A DNA stretch of 32,000 nt from Candidatus Saccharimonadota bacterium (GTDB taxonomy: Archaea; Nanobdellota; Nanobdellia; Pacearchaeales; GW2011-AR1), in assembly GCA_026002795.1 (NCBI GenBank), contig BPGA01000001.1, positions 330,001 to 362,000 on the forward strand, written 5' to 3'. Shown here in pieces: positions 14,529 to 23,414 of this stretch. Every line of letters starts with the position of its first letter. The stretch's first letter is position 1. The translations under genes were made by a program, and so were the position numbers. Under the pieces are notes generated by a model, which was not told the DNA's origin, did not search any database, and saw only the letters and a program-made list of their open reading frames with translations.

Positions 14529-15899
14529 CTAAAATCCTAGATTTTTAAATTTTCCAAATTTCTTTGCAAGCTTTAATAGTTGTTTTTGGCTTAATCCTTT
14601 AGAAAAATCACCATCCATTTTTTTTCCTGTTTTTAAAAATTCTTTTAAAAGATTATACTGCTTCAACATCAATCTCACATCACTTGTATTGACTCCTGAA
14701 CCCTTAGCAATTCTTGAAATTCTAGAAGTTTGTTTTTCTAGAAGTTCTGGGTTTTTTCTCTCTTCAGGAGTCATTGATTTTATTATATGCTCCCATTTTT
14801 CAATTCTTTTCTCTTGATTTTCTAACAAACCCTCAGGAATTTTTGCAGATGAAAATCCAGGAATAAAAGATTTTATTTTTTCCAAACCACCTAAATCTCC
14901 AACTTTCTTTGCTTGATCAACAAATTCTTCAATTGTAAACAGATCACTTTCTAATTTTTTCAAATCTTGTTTTTTATCTCCCACAGCTGTTTTTACTTTT
15001 TCAATAAGAGTTTCTAGATCACCCATTCCTAAAAGCCTTGAAACAAATGATTTTGGATTAAACTCTTCTATATCATTAATTTTTTCACCATTTGTGATAA
15101 AGAATACAGGCGCTTTAGTTTCTGCGCAAGCTGTTAGAGCTCCGCCACCTTTTGCACTAGAATCCATTCTAGTTATTATAATTCCTGAAATAGGGATAAC
15201 AGAACTAAAATCTTTTGCTTGTTTTTTTGCTGCCTGACCAATATCTGCAGGCATTACAAGAATTGTTTTTGTTGGTTTTATTTCCTTATTTAAAGCCTTT
15301 AGCTCAGAAATTAAATCCTTATCTAAAGAGTGTCTTCCTGCACTGTCAATTAAAACCAAGTCATACCTTTTTATATTTTTTTGAAGATCTGGGTTTTTCC
15401 AGACTTTTAATGGATCTTTTTCATTTTCATCAATAAAATAAGCTATTTTATTTTTTTCAGAAAGTTGTTTTAATTGTTCTGATGCTGCTGGTCTATGAGT
15501 GTCTAAACCTATAAGAATAACTTTTCTTCCTCTTTTTTGATAGTAATTACCAAGCTTTGCAATAGTTGTTGTTTTTCCAGAGCCATATAAACCAACAAGC
15601 ATAATTACCTCTTCTTTCCCTAGAACGAGCTCTTCTTTTTTCCCTAGTATATTCATTAATTCATCGTAAAGAACTTTAATTAAGTGTTCTTTCTTTTCCA
15701 AACCCTTTATTCTTTCATCATAAGCTGCTTTTCTTATTTTTTCAGAAAATTCTTTTACGAGACTAACATTTACATCAGCTTCTATTAAAGCTCTTTGCAA
15801 ATCTTTTATAATGCTTTCAACTAAATTTTTATCTAAAAAAAGAGCATTAGCAATCCTATTTGTTGCTTTCTTTAAGATTTCTGAGAGTTTTTCAAACAT
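14529..15899 (-). CDS. srp54: Signal recognition particle protein SRP54
   Basis: N/G domain with GLYGSGKTTT, DTHRPAA and DSAGR; Met-rich, basic M domain. Confidence 0.95.
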   Translation of the reverse strand: MFEKLSEILKKATNRIANALFLDKNLVESIIKDLQRALIEADVNVSLVKEFSEKIRKAAYDERIKGLEKKEHLIKVLYDELMNILGKKEELVLGKEEVIMLVGLYGSGKTTTIAKLGNYYQKRGRKVILIGLDTHRPAASEQLKQLSEKNKIAYFIDENEKDPLKVWKNPDLQKNIKRYDLVLIDSAGRHSLDKDLISELKALNKEIKPTKTILVMPADIGQAAKKQAKDFSSVIPISGIIITRMDSSAKGGGALTACAETKAPVFFITNGEKINDIEEFNPKSFVSRLLGMGDLETLIEKVKTAVGDKKQDLKKLESDLFTIEEFVDQAKKVGDLGGLEKIKSFIPGFSSAKIPEGLLENQEKRIEKWEHIIKSMTPEERKNPELLEKQTSRISRIAKGSGVNTSDVRLMLKQYNLLKEFLKTGKKMDGDFSKGLSQKQLLKLAKKFGKFKNLGF

Positions 15900-15975
15900 A
15901 AAAAAATTAAGAATTTTACAATTAATAAGCTTGTGGTTTCTTTATATTTATAAATAAAAAATTTTTTAATTAACA

Positions 15976-17121
15976 ATGAATAAAAGTGTTGAAAAAAGAG
16001 CAAGTAGAAATACATGGCTTTTAGGCTCTTCTAGTTTTTTGAATGATGTTGGAGGAGATATGATTGCTCCTATTTTACCTTTTTATATTATTTCATTAGG
16101 CGGTGGAGGAGTTTCTATAGGATTAATTTCTGGATTAAGAGAAGGCCTTTCAAATCTCTTTAAGGTTTTTGGAGGATGGATTTCTGATTTTACAGGAAAA
16201 AGAAAAATTTTTGTTTTTATAGGTTATTTTTTCTCTTTTATATTTAAATTTTTAATAGGTTTAGCTAACTCTTGGCAGCAATTAATTTTTTTTGTTTCAT
16301 TTGAAAGATTTGGAAAATTTAGAGATCCACCAAGAGATGTTATAATTTCAGAATCAAAAGAGAGAAGGGGTAGAAATTTCGGAATAATTCAGATGTTAGA
16401 TACTTTAGGATCAATATTCGGCACTATTCTTGTTTTACTTCTTTTTGTGAAATTAGGTCTAAATTTTAAAAATTTAATTTTCATTGCTGCAACACTATCT
16501 TTCTTTTCTTTAATTCCAATATTTTTTGTTAAAGAACCTAAATCTAAAAAATCTAAAAAAAGTCTTTTTTACGGATTAAAACACATGCCTAAAAAATTAA
16601 AATTTTTGATAATGATAATTTCTATTTTTTCTATTGCAAATTTTGGGCTTTATATGTTCCTTTTGATTATAGCACAGAAAATGACAGATAACTTTGTTTT
16701 TCCTTTTGTTTTTTATACTGTGTTCAATTTAATCTTTGCACTCTTTGTTGTTTATTTTGGTAGGTTATCTGATAGAATTGGAAGAAAAAAAGTTCTTCTT
16801 TTAGGTTATTTCTTTTTTATTTTAGTTTCTCTTGGCTTTATATTTATGAAAAGCATTTTACATCTTTTTTTACTTTTCTCAGCTTATGGTTTAGTTTACG
16901 CAATAACACATGCGAATCATAAAGCTTTTGTTTTAGATCTTTCTAAAGAAATGAAAGGAACATCTATTGGTTTCTTTTATACAATAACCGGCTTATCAAA
17001 TGTTTTAGGAGGTTTAATAGCTGGTTTATTATGGGAAAAAAGTCAATCAATTATGTTTGCTTTTATCTTTTTTATATCTTTAATTTCTTTTTTGCTTTTA
17101 GTTTTTTTTAAGGAAAAATAA
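15976..17121 (+). CDS. MFS transporter
   Basis: About 12 TM segments. MFS motif A-like DFTGKRK and GRLSDRIGRKKVLL. A TTTATAAA box lies at -29. Confidence 0.75.
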   Translation: MNKSVEKRASRNTWLLGSSSFLNDVGGDMIAPILPFYIISLGGGGVSIGLISGLREGLSNLFKVFGGWISDFTGKRKIFVFIGYFFSFIFKFLIGLANSWQQLIFFVSFERFGKFRDPPRDVIISESKERRGRNFGIIQMLDTLGSIFGTILVLLLFVKLGLNFKNLIFIAATLSFFSLIPIFFVKEPKSKKSKKSLFYGLKHMPKKLKFLIMIISIFSIANFGLYMFLLIIAQKMTDNFVFPFVFYTVFNLIFALFVVYFGRLSDRIGRKKVLLLGYFFFILVSLGFIFMKSILHLFLLFSAYGLVYAITHANHKAFVLDLSKEMKGTSIGFFYTITGLSNVLGGLIAGLLWEKSQSIMFAFIFFISLISFLLLVFFKEK

Positions 17122-17122
17122 C

Positions 17123-17659
17123 TTAAGTATAAACAATTAAACTAAAAGCCAAAATTCCTAAAATTCTTGGTAAAATTCCAAATACAAAAAAATTTTTTAA
17201 TGATAAATGTAAAGAGCCAAAAACAATAGGTAGGTAGGGTATTGGCGATATTGCAGCCAATAAAATAATCATCTTACCTTTTTTATTTATTGCTTTTCTT
17301 ATTTTTTTAATTTTATTTTTAGAATAAATTTTAGAACTTAATTTAATTCCATATTCTTTACCAATAAAAAAACCAATTAAAGAACCTAAAGTAGAACCAG
17401 AAATCAAAAAAAGCGTTGAAATTAAAAAATTTATGCCAATTAACTTAGACGCAATAATAGAAACGTGCGGAGATAAATAATTTGGTATTAATTCCACTAA
17501 AAGTCCATATAAAAAAATAAAAACAGCACCATGTTTTTCAAGATTTTTATTAAAGTAAGCCTTTATGTTTGATTTAAATAAAAAAGATAAGAGAAAAACA
17601 ACTATAAATAAAGCTGTTGTTGCTATACTAATTATTTTTATAGACTTTTTAGTTTTCAT
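17123..17659 (-). CDS. Small polytopic membrane protein, DedA/VTT-like (tentative)
   Basis: Hydrophobic profile with GSTLGSLIGFFIGKEYG and ISPIPYLP segments reminiscent of the DedA/TVP38 family. Its start overlaps the ftsY stop by 11 nt. Confidence 0.4.
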   Translation of the reverse strand: MKTKKSIKIISIATTALFIVVFLLSFLFKSNIKAYFNKNLEKHGAVFIFLYGLLVELIPNYLSPHVSIIASKLIGINFLISTLFLISGSTLGSLIGFFIGKEYGIKLSSKIYSKNKIKKIRKAINKKGKMIILLAAISPIPYLPIVFGSLHLSLKNFFVFGILPRILGILAFSLIVYT

Positions 17660-18668
17660 TGTCTAGACCAATACTCTTAAAGAATTTTGATTTGTTGAAA
17701 ATTTCCAAGTCATCATAATTCTGACCAGTACCTAAAAATAAAATTGGTTTTTTTGTTATATAACTTACTGATAATGCAGTTCCTCCTTTTTCATCAACAT
17801 CCGACTTTGTAAGGATTATTCCATCTATTCCTACATGCCAATCAAAGCTTTTTACTTGTTCAATAACATCATTTCCAGAAATGCTTTCTCCAACAAAAAT
17901 TTTTAAATTCGGTTTACACACACGAACAATTTTTTCCATCTCTTTCATTAAATTTTTGTTTGTATGCATTCTTCCAGCACTATCTATAAGTACAACATTA
18001 ATATTATTTTTTTTAGCGTAATTTATAGAGTCATAGCCTACTGAAGCAGGATCAGCACCATAATTTGAAGAAATGACTTTAATTCCTAATTTTTGTCCGT
18101 GTTCTTTTATTTGCTCAATACTTGCTGCTCTAAAGGTGTCTGCAGCAGCAATAACACAAGAGAACCCATTATTTTTTAAAAAATTTGCAATTTTTGCAAT
18201 AGTTGTTGTTTTTCCTGATCCATTAATTCCTAAAAACAAAATAATATAAGGTTTTTCTTTACTTTTTATCTCTTCAATCAAGTTTGGAGGATCCGCTAAA
18301 ACTTTAGATATAGTCTCTTTTAATAAGTCTTTTACTGTAAACTCAAATTCTTTTTCTAGAAATTCTTTATCCTTAATTTCTTCTTTTAATTCCGAAATAA
18401 TCTTTTCAGCAACATCATAAGCAACATTATTTTCCAATAGAATCATTTTTAATTCCTCACCATATTCTTCAAATTCTTTTTCAGAAATTTTTATCTTCTT
18501 TTGTGATATTTTCTCTTTAACTTTCTTCCAAAAATCCTTTTTAATTTCTTTAGACTCTTTTTTTTCTTTTATTTCTTCCTTTTCTATTTTGTCTTTCTTT
18601 TCCTCTTTTTTTGAAGAAGATATCTTTTTTGCCCAATTCGTTATTTTTTCTTTTAGGAATTTAAACAT
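17649..18668 (-). CDS. ftsY: SRP receptor FtsY
   Basis: Lys/Glu-rich N-terminal region followed by an NG domain: GINGSGKTTTIAK, DTFRAA, DSAGR, TKSDVDEKGG. Confidence 0.95.
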   Translation of the reverse strand: MFKFLKEKITNWAKKISSSKKEEKKDKIEKEEIKEKKESKEIKKDFWKKVKEKISQKKIKISEKEFEEYGEELKMILLENNVAYDVAEKIISELKEEIKDKEFLEKEFEFTVKDLLKETISKVLADPPNLIEEIKSKEKPYIILFLGINGSGKTTTIAKIANFLKNNGFSCVIAAADTFRAASIEQIKEHGQKLGIKVISSNYGADPASVGYDSINYAKKNNINVVLIDSAGRMHTNKNLMKEMEKIVRVCKPNLKIFVGESISGNDVIEQVKSFDWHVGIDGIILTKSDVDEKGGTALSVSYITKKPILFLGTGQNYDDLEIFNKSKFFKSIGLDNEN

Positions 18669-18753
18669 TTTTATAGAAAAAATCTTTAATTTAAAGATTT
18701 TTAGATTTAATTAAAATCTAAATTTTTATAAACAAGAAAAGCTTAAAACTAAA

Positions 18754-20046
18754 ATGAAAGGCATTCTTGTACTCCTTGACGGGTTAGGTGATTTGCCATG
18801 TAAGCAACTTAATGATAAAACTCCTTTAGAAGCTGCAGAAACACCAAATTTAGATTTTTTTTCAGCGAGAGGAGAGATGGGTTATATGTACCCTTTAGAA
18901 GAGCTAAAAATACCAGAATCACACGAGTCAATTCTCTCTATTTTTGGAAACGACACAAGAGAAAGTTCAAGAGGCCAGCTTGAGGCTAGAGGAGCAGATA
19001 TTAAACTTGTGAGAGGAGATTTAGCTTTAAGAGCTAATTTTGCAACAATAGATTCTCTTAAAGAAGGAAATATAATTGATAGGAGAGTAGGAAGAACTTT
19101 AACTACAGAAGAAGCGAAAATATTAGCAAAAGAAATAAACAAAATAAAAATACCTTGTGAATTTATTTTTAAACCAACAATACAACATCGAGGAGTTTTG
19201 GTTTTAAGAGGCGGGTTTTCTGATAATATTACAAGTAATGATAGATTTTACTCAGAGCACGGAATGACAAAAAATAAAATTAGCATATTCAAGCCGGCTG
19301 ATGATGAAGAAAATACAAAATATACTGTAAATGTTCTTAATGAGTTTATGGAAAAAGTTTATTATGTTTTAGAAAACCATCCAGTTAACATACAAAGAAA
19401 GAAAAAAGGCCTTCTTCCAGCAAATTTTCTTTTAATGAGGGGTGCTGGAATTGAACAACCAAAACTAAAATTTTATAGGAGATGGATGGCAATAGCTTAT
19501 ATGCCATTAGAAATTGGTTTTGCAAAACTATCTGGGATGAAAGTTTTTTCTTTTGATTATCCTAGATTAAAAAATTTTGATGTTTATGAAAATTTAAACG
19601 AAGGATTGAAAGAAGCATGCGAATTTACAATTAAGACAATTAAAAAAAATTACAAAGATTTTGATTATGCTTATGTTCATATTAAAGAGACAGATATACC
19701 TGGACACGATAATAAGCCAATTGAGAAAAAAAATATGATAGAGTACATAGATAAAACCTTATTTAAATTTTTAAAAGAATTTGCCGCCCTAAAAGGAATA
19801 AAAATACTGGTGACAGGAGACCACTCTACACCATGCAAGCTTAAATCACATTCAACAGACCCTGTTCCTGTTTTATTTTATAATATGAAAATTAAAATCC
19901 AGAGATTTAATTTTTTTCCTGTTTTAAGAAAAAAAGAAGAAAAACCTTTAAAAGAGATAATTAAATTTTCTGAAAAAAACGCTAGATTAGGTAGCTTAGG
20001 AAGAATTTATGGAAATCAGCTACTTTCTATAACTGGTTTTAATTAA
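18754..20046 (+). CDS. apgM: Cofactor-independent phosphoglycerate mutase, archaeal type (ApgM)
   Basis: LVLLDGLGD...KTPLEAAETPNLD, IKETDIPGHD and TGDHSTPC. A TTTATAAA box lies at -29. Confidence 0.85.
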   Translation: MKGILVLLDGLGDLPCKQLNDKTPLEAAETPNLDFFSARGEMGYMYPLEELKIPESHESILSIFGNDTRESSRGQLEARGADIKLVRGDLALRANFATIDSLKEGNIIDRRVGRTLTTEEAKILAKEINKIKIPCEFIFKPTIQHRGVLVLRGGFSDNITSNDRFYSEHGMTKNKISIFKPADDEENTKYTVNVLNEFMEKVYYVLENHPVNIQRKKKGLLPANFLLMRGAGIEQPKLKFYRRWMAIAYMPLEIGFAKLSGMKVFSFDYPRLKNFDVYENLNEGLKEACEFTIKTIKKNYKDFDYAYVHIKETDIPGHDNKPIEKKNMIEYIDKTLFKFLKEFAALKGIKILVTGDHSTPCKLKSHSTDPVPVLFYNMKIKIQRFNFFPVLRKKEEKPLKEIIKFSEKNARLGSLGRIYGNQLLSITGFN

Positions 20047-20091
20047 CTTTTTTATAGTAATTATTAAAAATACCTATATTCTTCTTTTTTT

Positions 20092-20649
20092 ATGTTAACT
20101 TATAATGATATTTATGAAGCCGAAAGAAAAGAGAGATATTCAGAACAACTGCAACCATTACCTAAAAATTTTCTTCAAGAATTCTCTCAATACATAAAAG
20201 AAAAAAAAGAAATAGTTTCTAAAGAAAACGATTCCTTTTCAGAAATAATTACTAAAACAAAAAAACAACTCGAGAACGCAATAACTCTTTTTAAACAATT
20301 AATGAGAAGCCGAAGAAAAAAAATTTTAGATTTAGCTTTAATAGGTTTAGAAACAGGAATTTCAAAACAAGATTTTGAGAATATGCTTCCTTTTGAAAAA
20401 GATTTGTTTGATGAATTAATAAAAAGTTTAGAAAAATCTGATAAGAGTTTGAATGATTATCTTAATAACAAAAATCAAAAAGAAAGCAATAATAAATTAA
20501 TTGTTTTTAAAGAGGACGTTACAGAACTTTTTGATTTTGAAGGAAATAAAATAGGCCCTTTTGAAAAGGGACAAATTGCTAACATATCAAAAGAAATAGC
20601 TAAAATTTTGGTAGAGGATGGTAAAGCAGAATTATTGGAAGAAAAATGA
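20092..20649 (+). CDS. gins51: GINS complex subunit, Gins51-like
   Basis: N-terminus YNDIYEAERKERYSEQLQPLPKNFLQEFSQYI and C-terminal B-domain-like FDFEGNKIGPFEKGQIANISKEIAKILVEDGKAELL match the archaeal GINS pattern as I recall it. Confidence 0.6.
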   Translation: MLTYNDIYEAERKERYSEQLQPLPKNFLQEFSQYIKEKKEIVSKENDSFSEIITKTKKQLENAITLFKQLMRSRRKKILDLALIGLETGISKQDFENMLPFEKDLFDELIKSLEKSDKSLNDYLNNKNQKESNNKLIVFKEDVTELFDFEGNKIGPFEKGQIANISKEIAKILVEDGKAELLEEK

Positions 20650-21122
20650 ATCTTGAAGACAAAATTTATAAACTAAATGAAAAAATAGAAAATCTAAAAA
20701 TAAAAAATTCAAGAGTTTTAAACAGTTTAGAGAGAGTCTTTGATTTAATTTACATCTTAGATGTAGGAGGTTCTTTAATTAGAAAATATCAATTAAATCT
20801 CTCAAAAAAACTTGGTTGGACTGAAAGAGACCTGACAATAAGAAATGCTATATACTGTGGCATAATTCCTTCTTTAGCTTATATAATCATAAACCATAAT
20901 TTAGAATCTAATTTTAATACAGAATATCAAAAATTCTTTTATAGCTATCCTATTTATATGTCCTTCTTGAATTTGGGAAGAATTTTTTATTCTTCAATAA
21001 CAAAAAAAGCAATTGGTTCATTTTCAATATACAACTTAGTTTGTTCTTCTATTTATTTTTTCAAAGAACAGCTAAAAAAAATAAAAGAGCCTGCGGAGGG
21101 AATCGAACCCTCGGCCTACTGA
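20646..21122 (+). CDS. Hypothetical membrane protein, translationally coupled to gins51
   Basis: ATGA start/stop overlap with gins51. Coiled N-terminus followed by 2-3 hydrophobic segments. The last 35 nt run antisense through tRNA-Thr. Confidence 0.45.
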   Translation: MNLEDKIYKLNEKIENLKIKNSRVLNSLERVFDLIYILDVGGSLIRKYQLNLSKKLGWTERDLTIRNAIYCGIIPSLAYIIINHNLESNFNTEYQKFFYSYPIYMSFLNLGRIFYSSITKKAIGSFSIYNLVCSSIYFFKEQLKKIKEPAEGIEPSAY

Positions 21123-21159
21123 TTACGAATCAGTTGCTCTACCTCTGAGCTACGCAGGC
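21088..21159 (-). tRNA. tRNA-Thr (anticodon CGT)
   Basis: Reverse-complement cloverleaf. Acceptor GCCTGCG/CGCAGGC, D arm GCTC-AGAGGTA-GAGC, anticodon arm ACTGA-TTCGTAA-TCAGT, T arm GAGGG-TTCGATT-CCCTC, discriminator T. No CCA. Confidence 0.9.
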
Positions 21160-21229
21160 CTATATCTAATAAATCAATAAAAAATAAGAATCCTATGTTT
21201 TTATATTTTAGAAAATTTTAAAATAAGAA

Positions 21230-21514
21230 CTAACCAAATAAAGCAGCTAAACCCTCTGCAGCAGCTTCTTTTTTCTCTTCTTTTGGCTTAGGCTCTTCTT
21301 TCTTTTCTTCTTTAGTCTGCTCTTGAGAAGAAGATAATGCAATTGGCTTTTCTAGCTCTTTATCTATATCAACATTTTTTAAACTAGCTACAACAGCCTT
21401 AACTTTTGATTCATCAACATTTATACCTGCTGCTGAAACAACGTTTTTTAAATTTTCTTCATTAATTTCTTTTCCGCTTTTGTGTAATAAAAGAGCAGCA
21501 TATATATATTCCAT
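21230..21514 (-). CDS. rpl12: 50S ribosomal stalk protein P1 (archaeal L12)
   Basis: [22 protein letters not shown]..., a Lys/Glu hinge, and the C-terminal [11 protein letters not shown] tail. Confidence 0.95.
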   Translation of the reverse strand: MEYIYAALLLHKSGKEINEENLKNVVSAAGINVDESKVKAVVASLKNVDIDKELEKPIALSSSQEQTKEEKKEEPKPKEEKKEAAAEGLAALFG

Positions 21515-21541
21515 TTTATAATTATTTTTTGATAAAATCTT

Positions 21542-22327
21542 TTAATTATTAGGGTTTATAAAGTTTTCAATTGTCTTTGCTTCTAAAAGAGCTTTTGATA
21601 TTAAAAAGCTTATTGTTTCTTTTGTGGGGTATGATATATTTATAGCAAGAATCAAAGAATTTTCAAATGATTTCTTTAAATCGTTTATTATCTCTTGTTT
21701 GTTAAAACCAACATTATCATAAAATTTTTTTTCTTTAGTATCATAAGCAGATTCTGGAACTAAACCAACTAAAAAAGGTTTTATTCCTAGTTTACTCATT
21801 ATATCAACAGCAACATTACTTATTTTTTCTCCTTTTTTAACTATAACTTTTGCTTCTTTTATTACAATTTTTCCCTTTTCTATTTGGATAGGTATTCCTA
21901 AAGCTCCAAGTTCAGAAATTGCAGGTCCTGGTGTTAGATCAGTTGGTCCGGCAGGGACTTCTATGTCAATAGGAGATTCTTGACCTGCTTTAGCTTTAGC
22001 AGGAATTTTTATGTCAATAAGATATGAAGAAAGATCAAAAGCGTCTTCATTAGAAAATAAAAATGCATATCCTTCTTTTATTCTTTCTTTAAATTTATTT
22101 GCAATACCCTCATCTAATTTCTTAAGAGCTAAAATGATAAGACTTTTTTTAGGAACTTTAATTACAGCTTTTTCTCTTAAACTCTTTGATATTTCTTGTA
22201 AATTAGAAAGAGGCAAGCCTTTTATTGAAATTAACATAATTGTTTTATTATTATTTATTAAATACTCTAATTCTTTTAATAACTTTTTTTTAGCTTCTGA
22301 AATTTTCCTTTGATTTTTCTCTTTCAT
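21542..22327 (-). CDS. rpl10: 50S ribosomal protein L10 (uL10/P0), short form lacking the acidic tail
   Basis: Positioned between L1 and P1. The N-terminal uL10-like domain is KKKLLKELEYLINNNKTIMLISIKGLPLSNLQEISKSLR. It ends ...ENFINPNN with no P1-like tail. Confidence 0.8.
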   Translation of the reverse strand: MKEKNQRKISEAKKKLLKELEYLINNNKTIMLISIKGLPLSNLQEISKSLREKAVIKVPKKSLIILALKKLDEGIANKFKERIKEGYAFLFSNEDAFDLSSYLIDIKIPAKAKAGQESPIDIEVPAGPTDLTPGPAISELGALGIPIQIEKGKIVIKEAKVIVKKGEKISNVAVDIMSKLGIKPFLVGLVPESAYDTKEKKFYDNVGFNKQEIINDLKKSFENSLILAINISYPTKETISFLISKALLEAKTIENFINPNN

Positions 22328-22953
22328 TTTAAAAATATTTTAATTGGTTTACTCATCGTGAATTTTATTTGTATGTTTTTAATATTTTCTTTACCTTTTG
22401 GAAGAATTTTTAAAATACTGTTATAAAAACTAATGCAATTTTCTATGATTTCAGAATCTTTCATACTTTGTTTTCCTATAGCTACTTTTATACTTGGCTC
22501 TTTAATCTTTAACTTAATAGAGTTTTCAATTCTTTTTTTAGTTTGCTCTATTGTTTTTTCATCTAAACTGTTTATTATGCCAAGCTGTGGAGAAGGCATT
22601 TTTCCAGCAGGCCCCAAAACCCTTCCGAAAATACTAGCAACTTTAGGCATTAAATTTAATTGAGAAATAAAAAAATCATAACTTTTAACTAACTTTTTTA
22701 GATTTTTCTTATCTGAATATTTATTAAATTCTTGAGGGGTTATTGTATCTATTCCTTTTATTTTTGTTTCGGCAAAAGCAGCTATTTTTTTATCTTTTAT
22801 TTTAAAAGGAACAATTATAGAAGCGTTTATCTGATTTTTTTTATGATCAAAATTTTTTAAATTTATTATTAGATCTACAGTTTGATCAAACTTTCTCTCC
22901 TTACTTTTTCTTAATTCAGATAAAGCCTTTTCTAATTGTTTTTCTAGTTGCAT
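22324..22953 (-). CDS. rpl1: 50S ribosomal protein L1 (uL1)
   Basis: KERKFDQTVDLIINLK and MPSPQLG... blocks. The stop overlaps the L10 ATG (ATGA). The ATG at 22953 is preferred over the track start at 22968: GGGAGGT lies 5 nt upstream, and a CTTAAAAA box starts 31 nt upstream of 22953 (the position of its first base on the coding strand), versus only 16 nt for 22968. Confidence 0.9.
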   Translation of the reverse strand: MQLEKQLEKALSELRKSKERKFDQTVDLIINLKNFDHKKNQINASIIVPFKIKDKKIAAFAETKIKGIDTITPQEFNKYSDKKNLKKLVKSYDFFISQLNLMPKVASIFGRVLGPAGKMPSPQLGIINSLDEKTIEQTKKRIENSIKLKIKEPSIKVAIGKQSMKDSEIIENCISFYNSILKILPKGKENIKNIQIKFTMSKPIKIFLK

Positions 22954-22962
22954 TTTTACCTC

Positions 22963-22995
22963 CCACATTACGTAAATTTTTAAGTTACGTAGTGG
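22963..22995 (-). promoter_or_regulatory. Two TTACGTA(A/G) palindromes bracketing the TATA-like box upstream of rpl1; also foldable as an 11-bp hairpin
   Basis: TTACGTAA at 22968-22975 and TTACGTAG at 22985-22992 flank ATTTTTAAG (CTTAAAAAT on the coding strand). Outer CCAC/GTGG arms extend the dyad. Confidence 0.4.
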
Positions 22996-23027
22996 TTCAA
23001 ACGGTAAAAATTAAACCTAAAAATACT

Positions 23028-23327
23028 TTATAAATCTTTTTGAAAATTAAATAAATATAAATTTCCTAAATATATGAATGATAAATAATTTTCATTACTT
23101 TGATAATTGACAAAACTACTCTGTAAATTAAATTTTAAAATTTCTTTTGGACATTTTAGTTCTAATCTAATTCCATACAAACCAATCTGATCTTTTATAG
23201 GATATGCTAAAATTTTTTTACATTTACTTAAACCAACAACACTTCCTTTTGGCAATGAACTTAAAATAATTTCTAATTTTTTTCTAGTTTCATCATCACA
23301 CAAAAATACAAGATTTTTTCTTTTCAT
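23028..23327 (-). CDS. Hypothetical 99-aa protein with resemblance to bacterial ribosomal protein S6 (bS6 fold)
   Basis: From the internal Met: MKRKNLVFLCDDETRKKLEIILSSL...KKILAYPIKDQIGLYGIRLELKCPKEILKFNL. The L-A-Y-P-I-K core and the flanking beta-alpha-beta pattern resemble bS6 as I recall it (E. coli ...[31 protein letters not shown]...). The track ORF extends to 23378, but a TTAAAAAA box sits exactly 29 nt upstream of the ATG at 23327. Confidence 0.45.
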   Translation of the reverse strand: MKRKNLVFLCDDETRKKLEIILSSLPKGSVVGLSKCKKILAYPIKDQIGLYGIRLELKCPKEILKFNLQSSFVNYQSNENYLSFIYLGNLYLFNFQKDL

Positions 23328-23414
23328 TTTTTTATTTCTTAAAAAACATTTTTTAAATTTTTTATGAAATAAAAACACAACAATTCTTATAAATGAAATA
23401 CTTCTTTTTTCCTA

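Noticed and set aside
22954-22968. Upstream ATG (22968) for rpl1 giving MWEVK-MQLEK
   Set aside because: The extra codons spell the SD-like GGGAGGT just before the ATG at 22953. The TATA-like box would start only 16 nt upstream of 22968, which is incompatible with the spacing seen at other genes.
23328-23378. Longer 116-aa version of the bS6-like ORF starting MFLFHKKFKKCFLRNKK
   Set aside because: There is no promoter box at the right distance for 23378. A TTAAAAAA box lies exactly 29 nt upstream of the internal ATG at 23327 and would fall inside the longer ORF. The extra residues are low-complexity.
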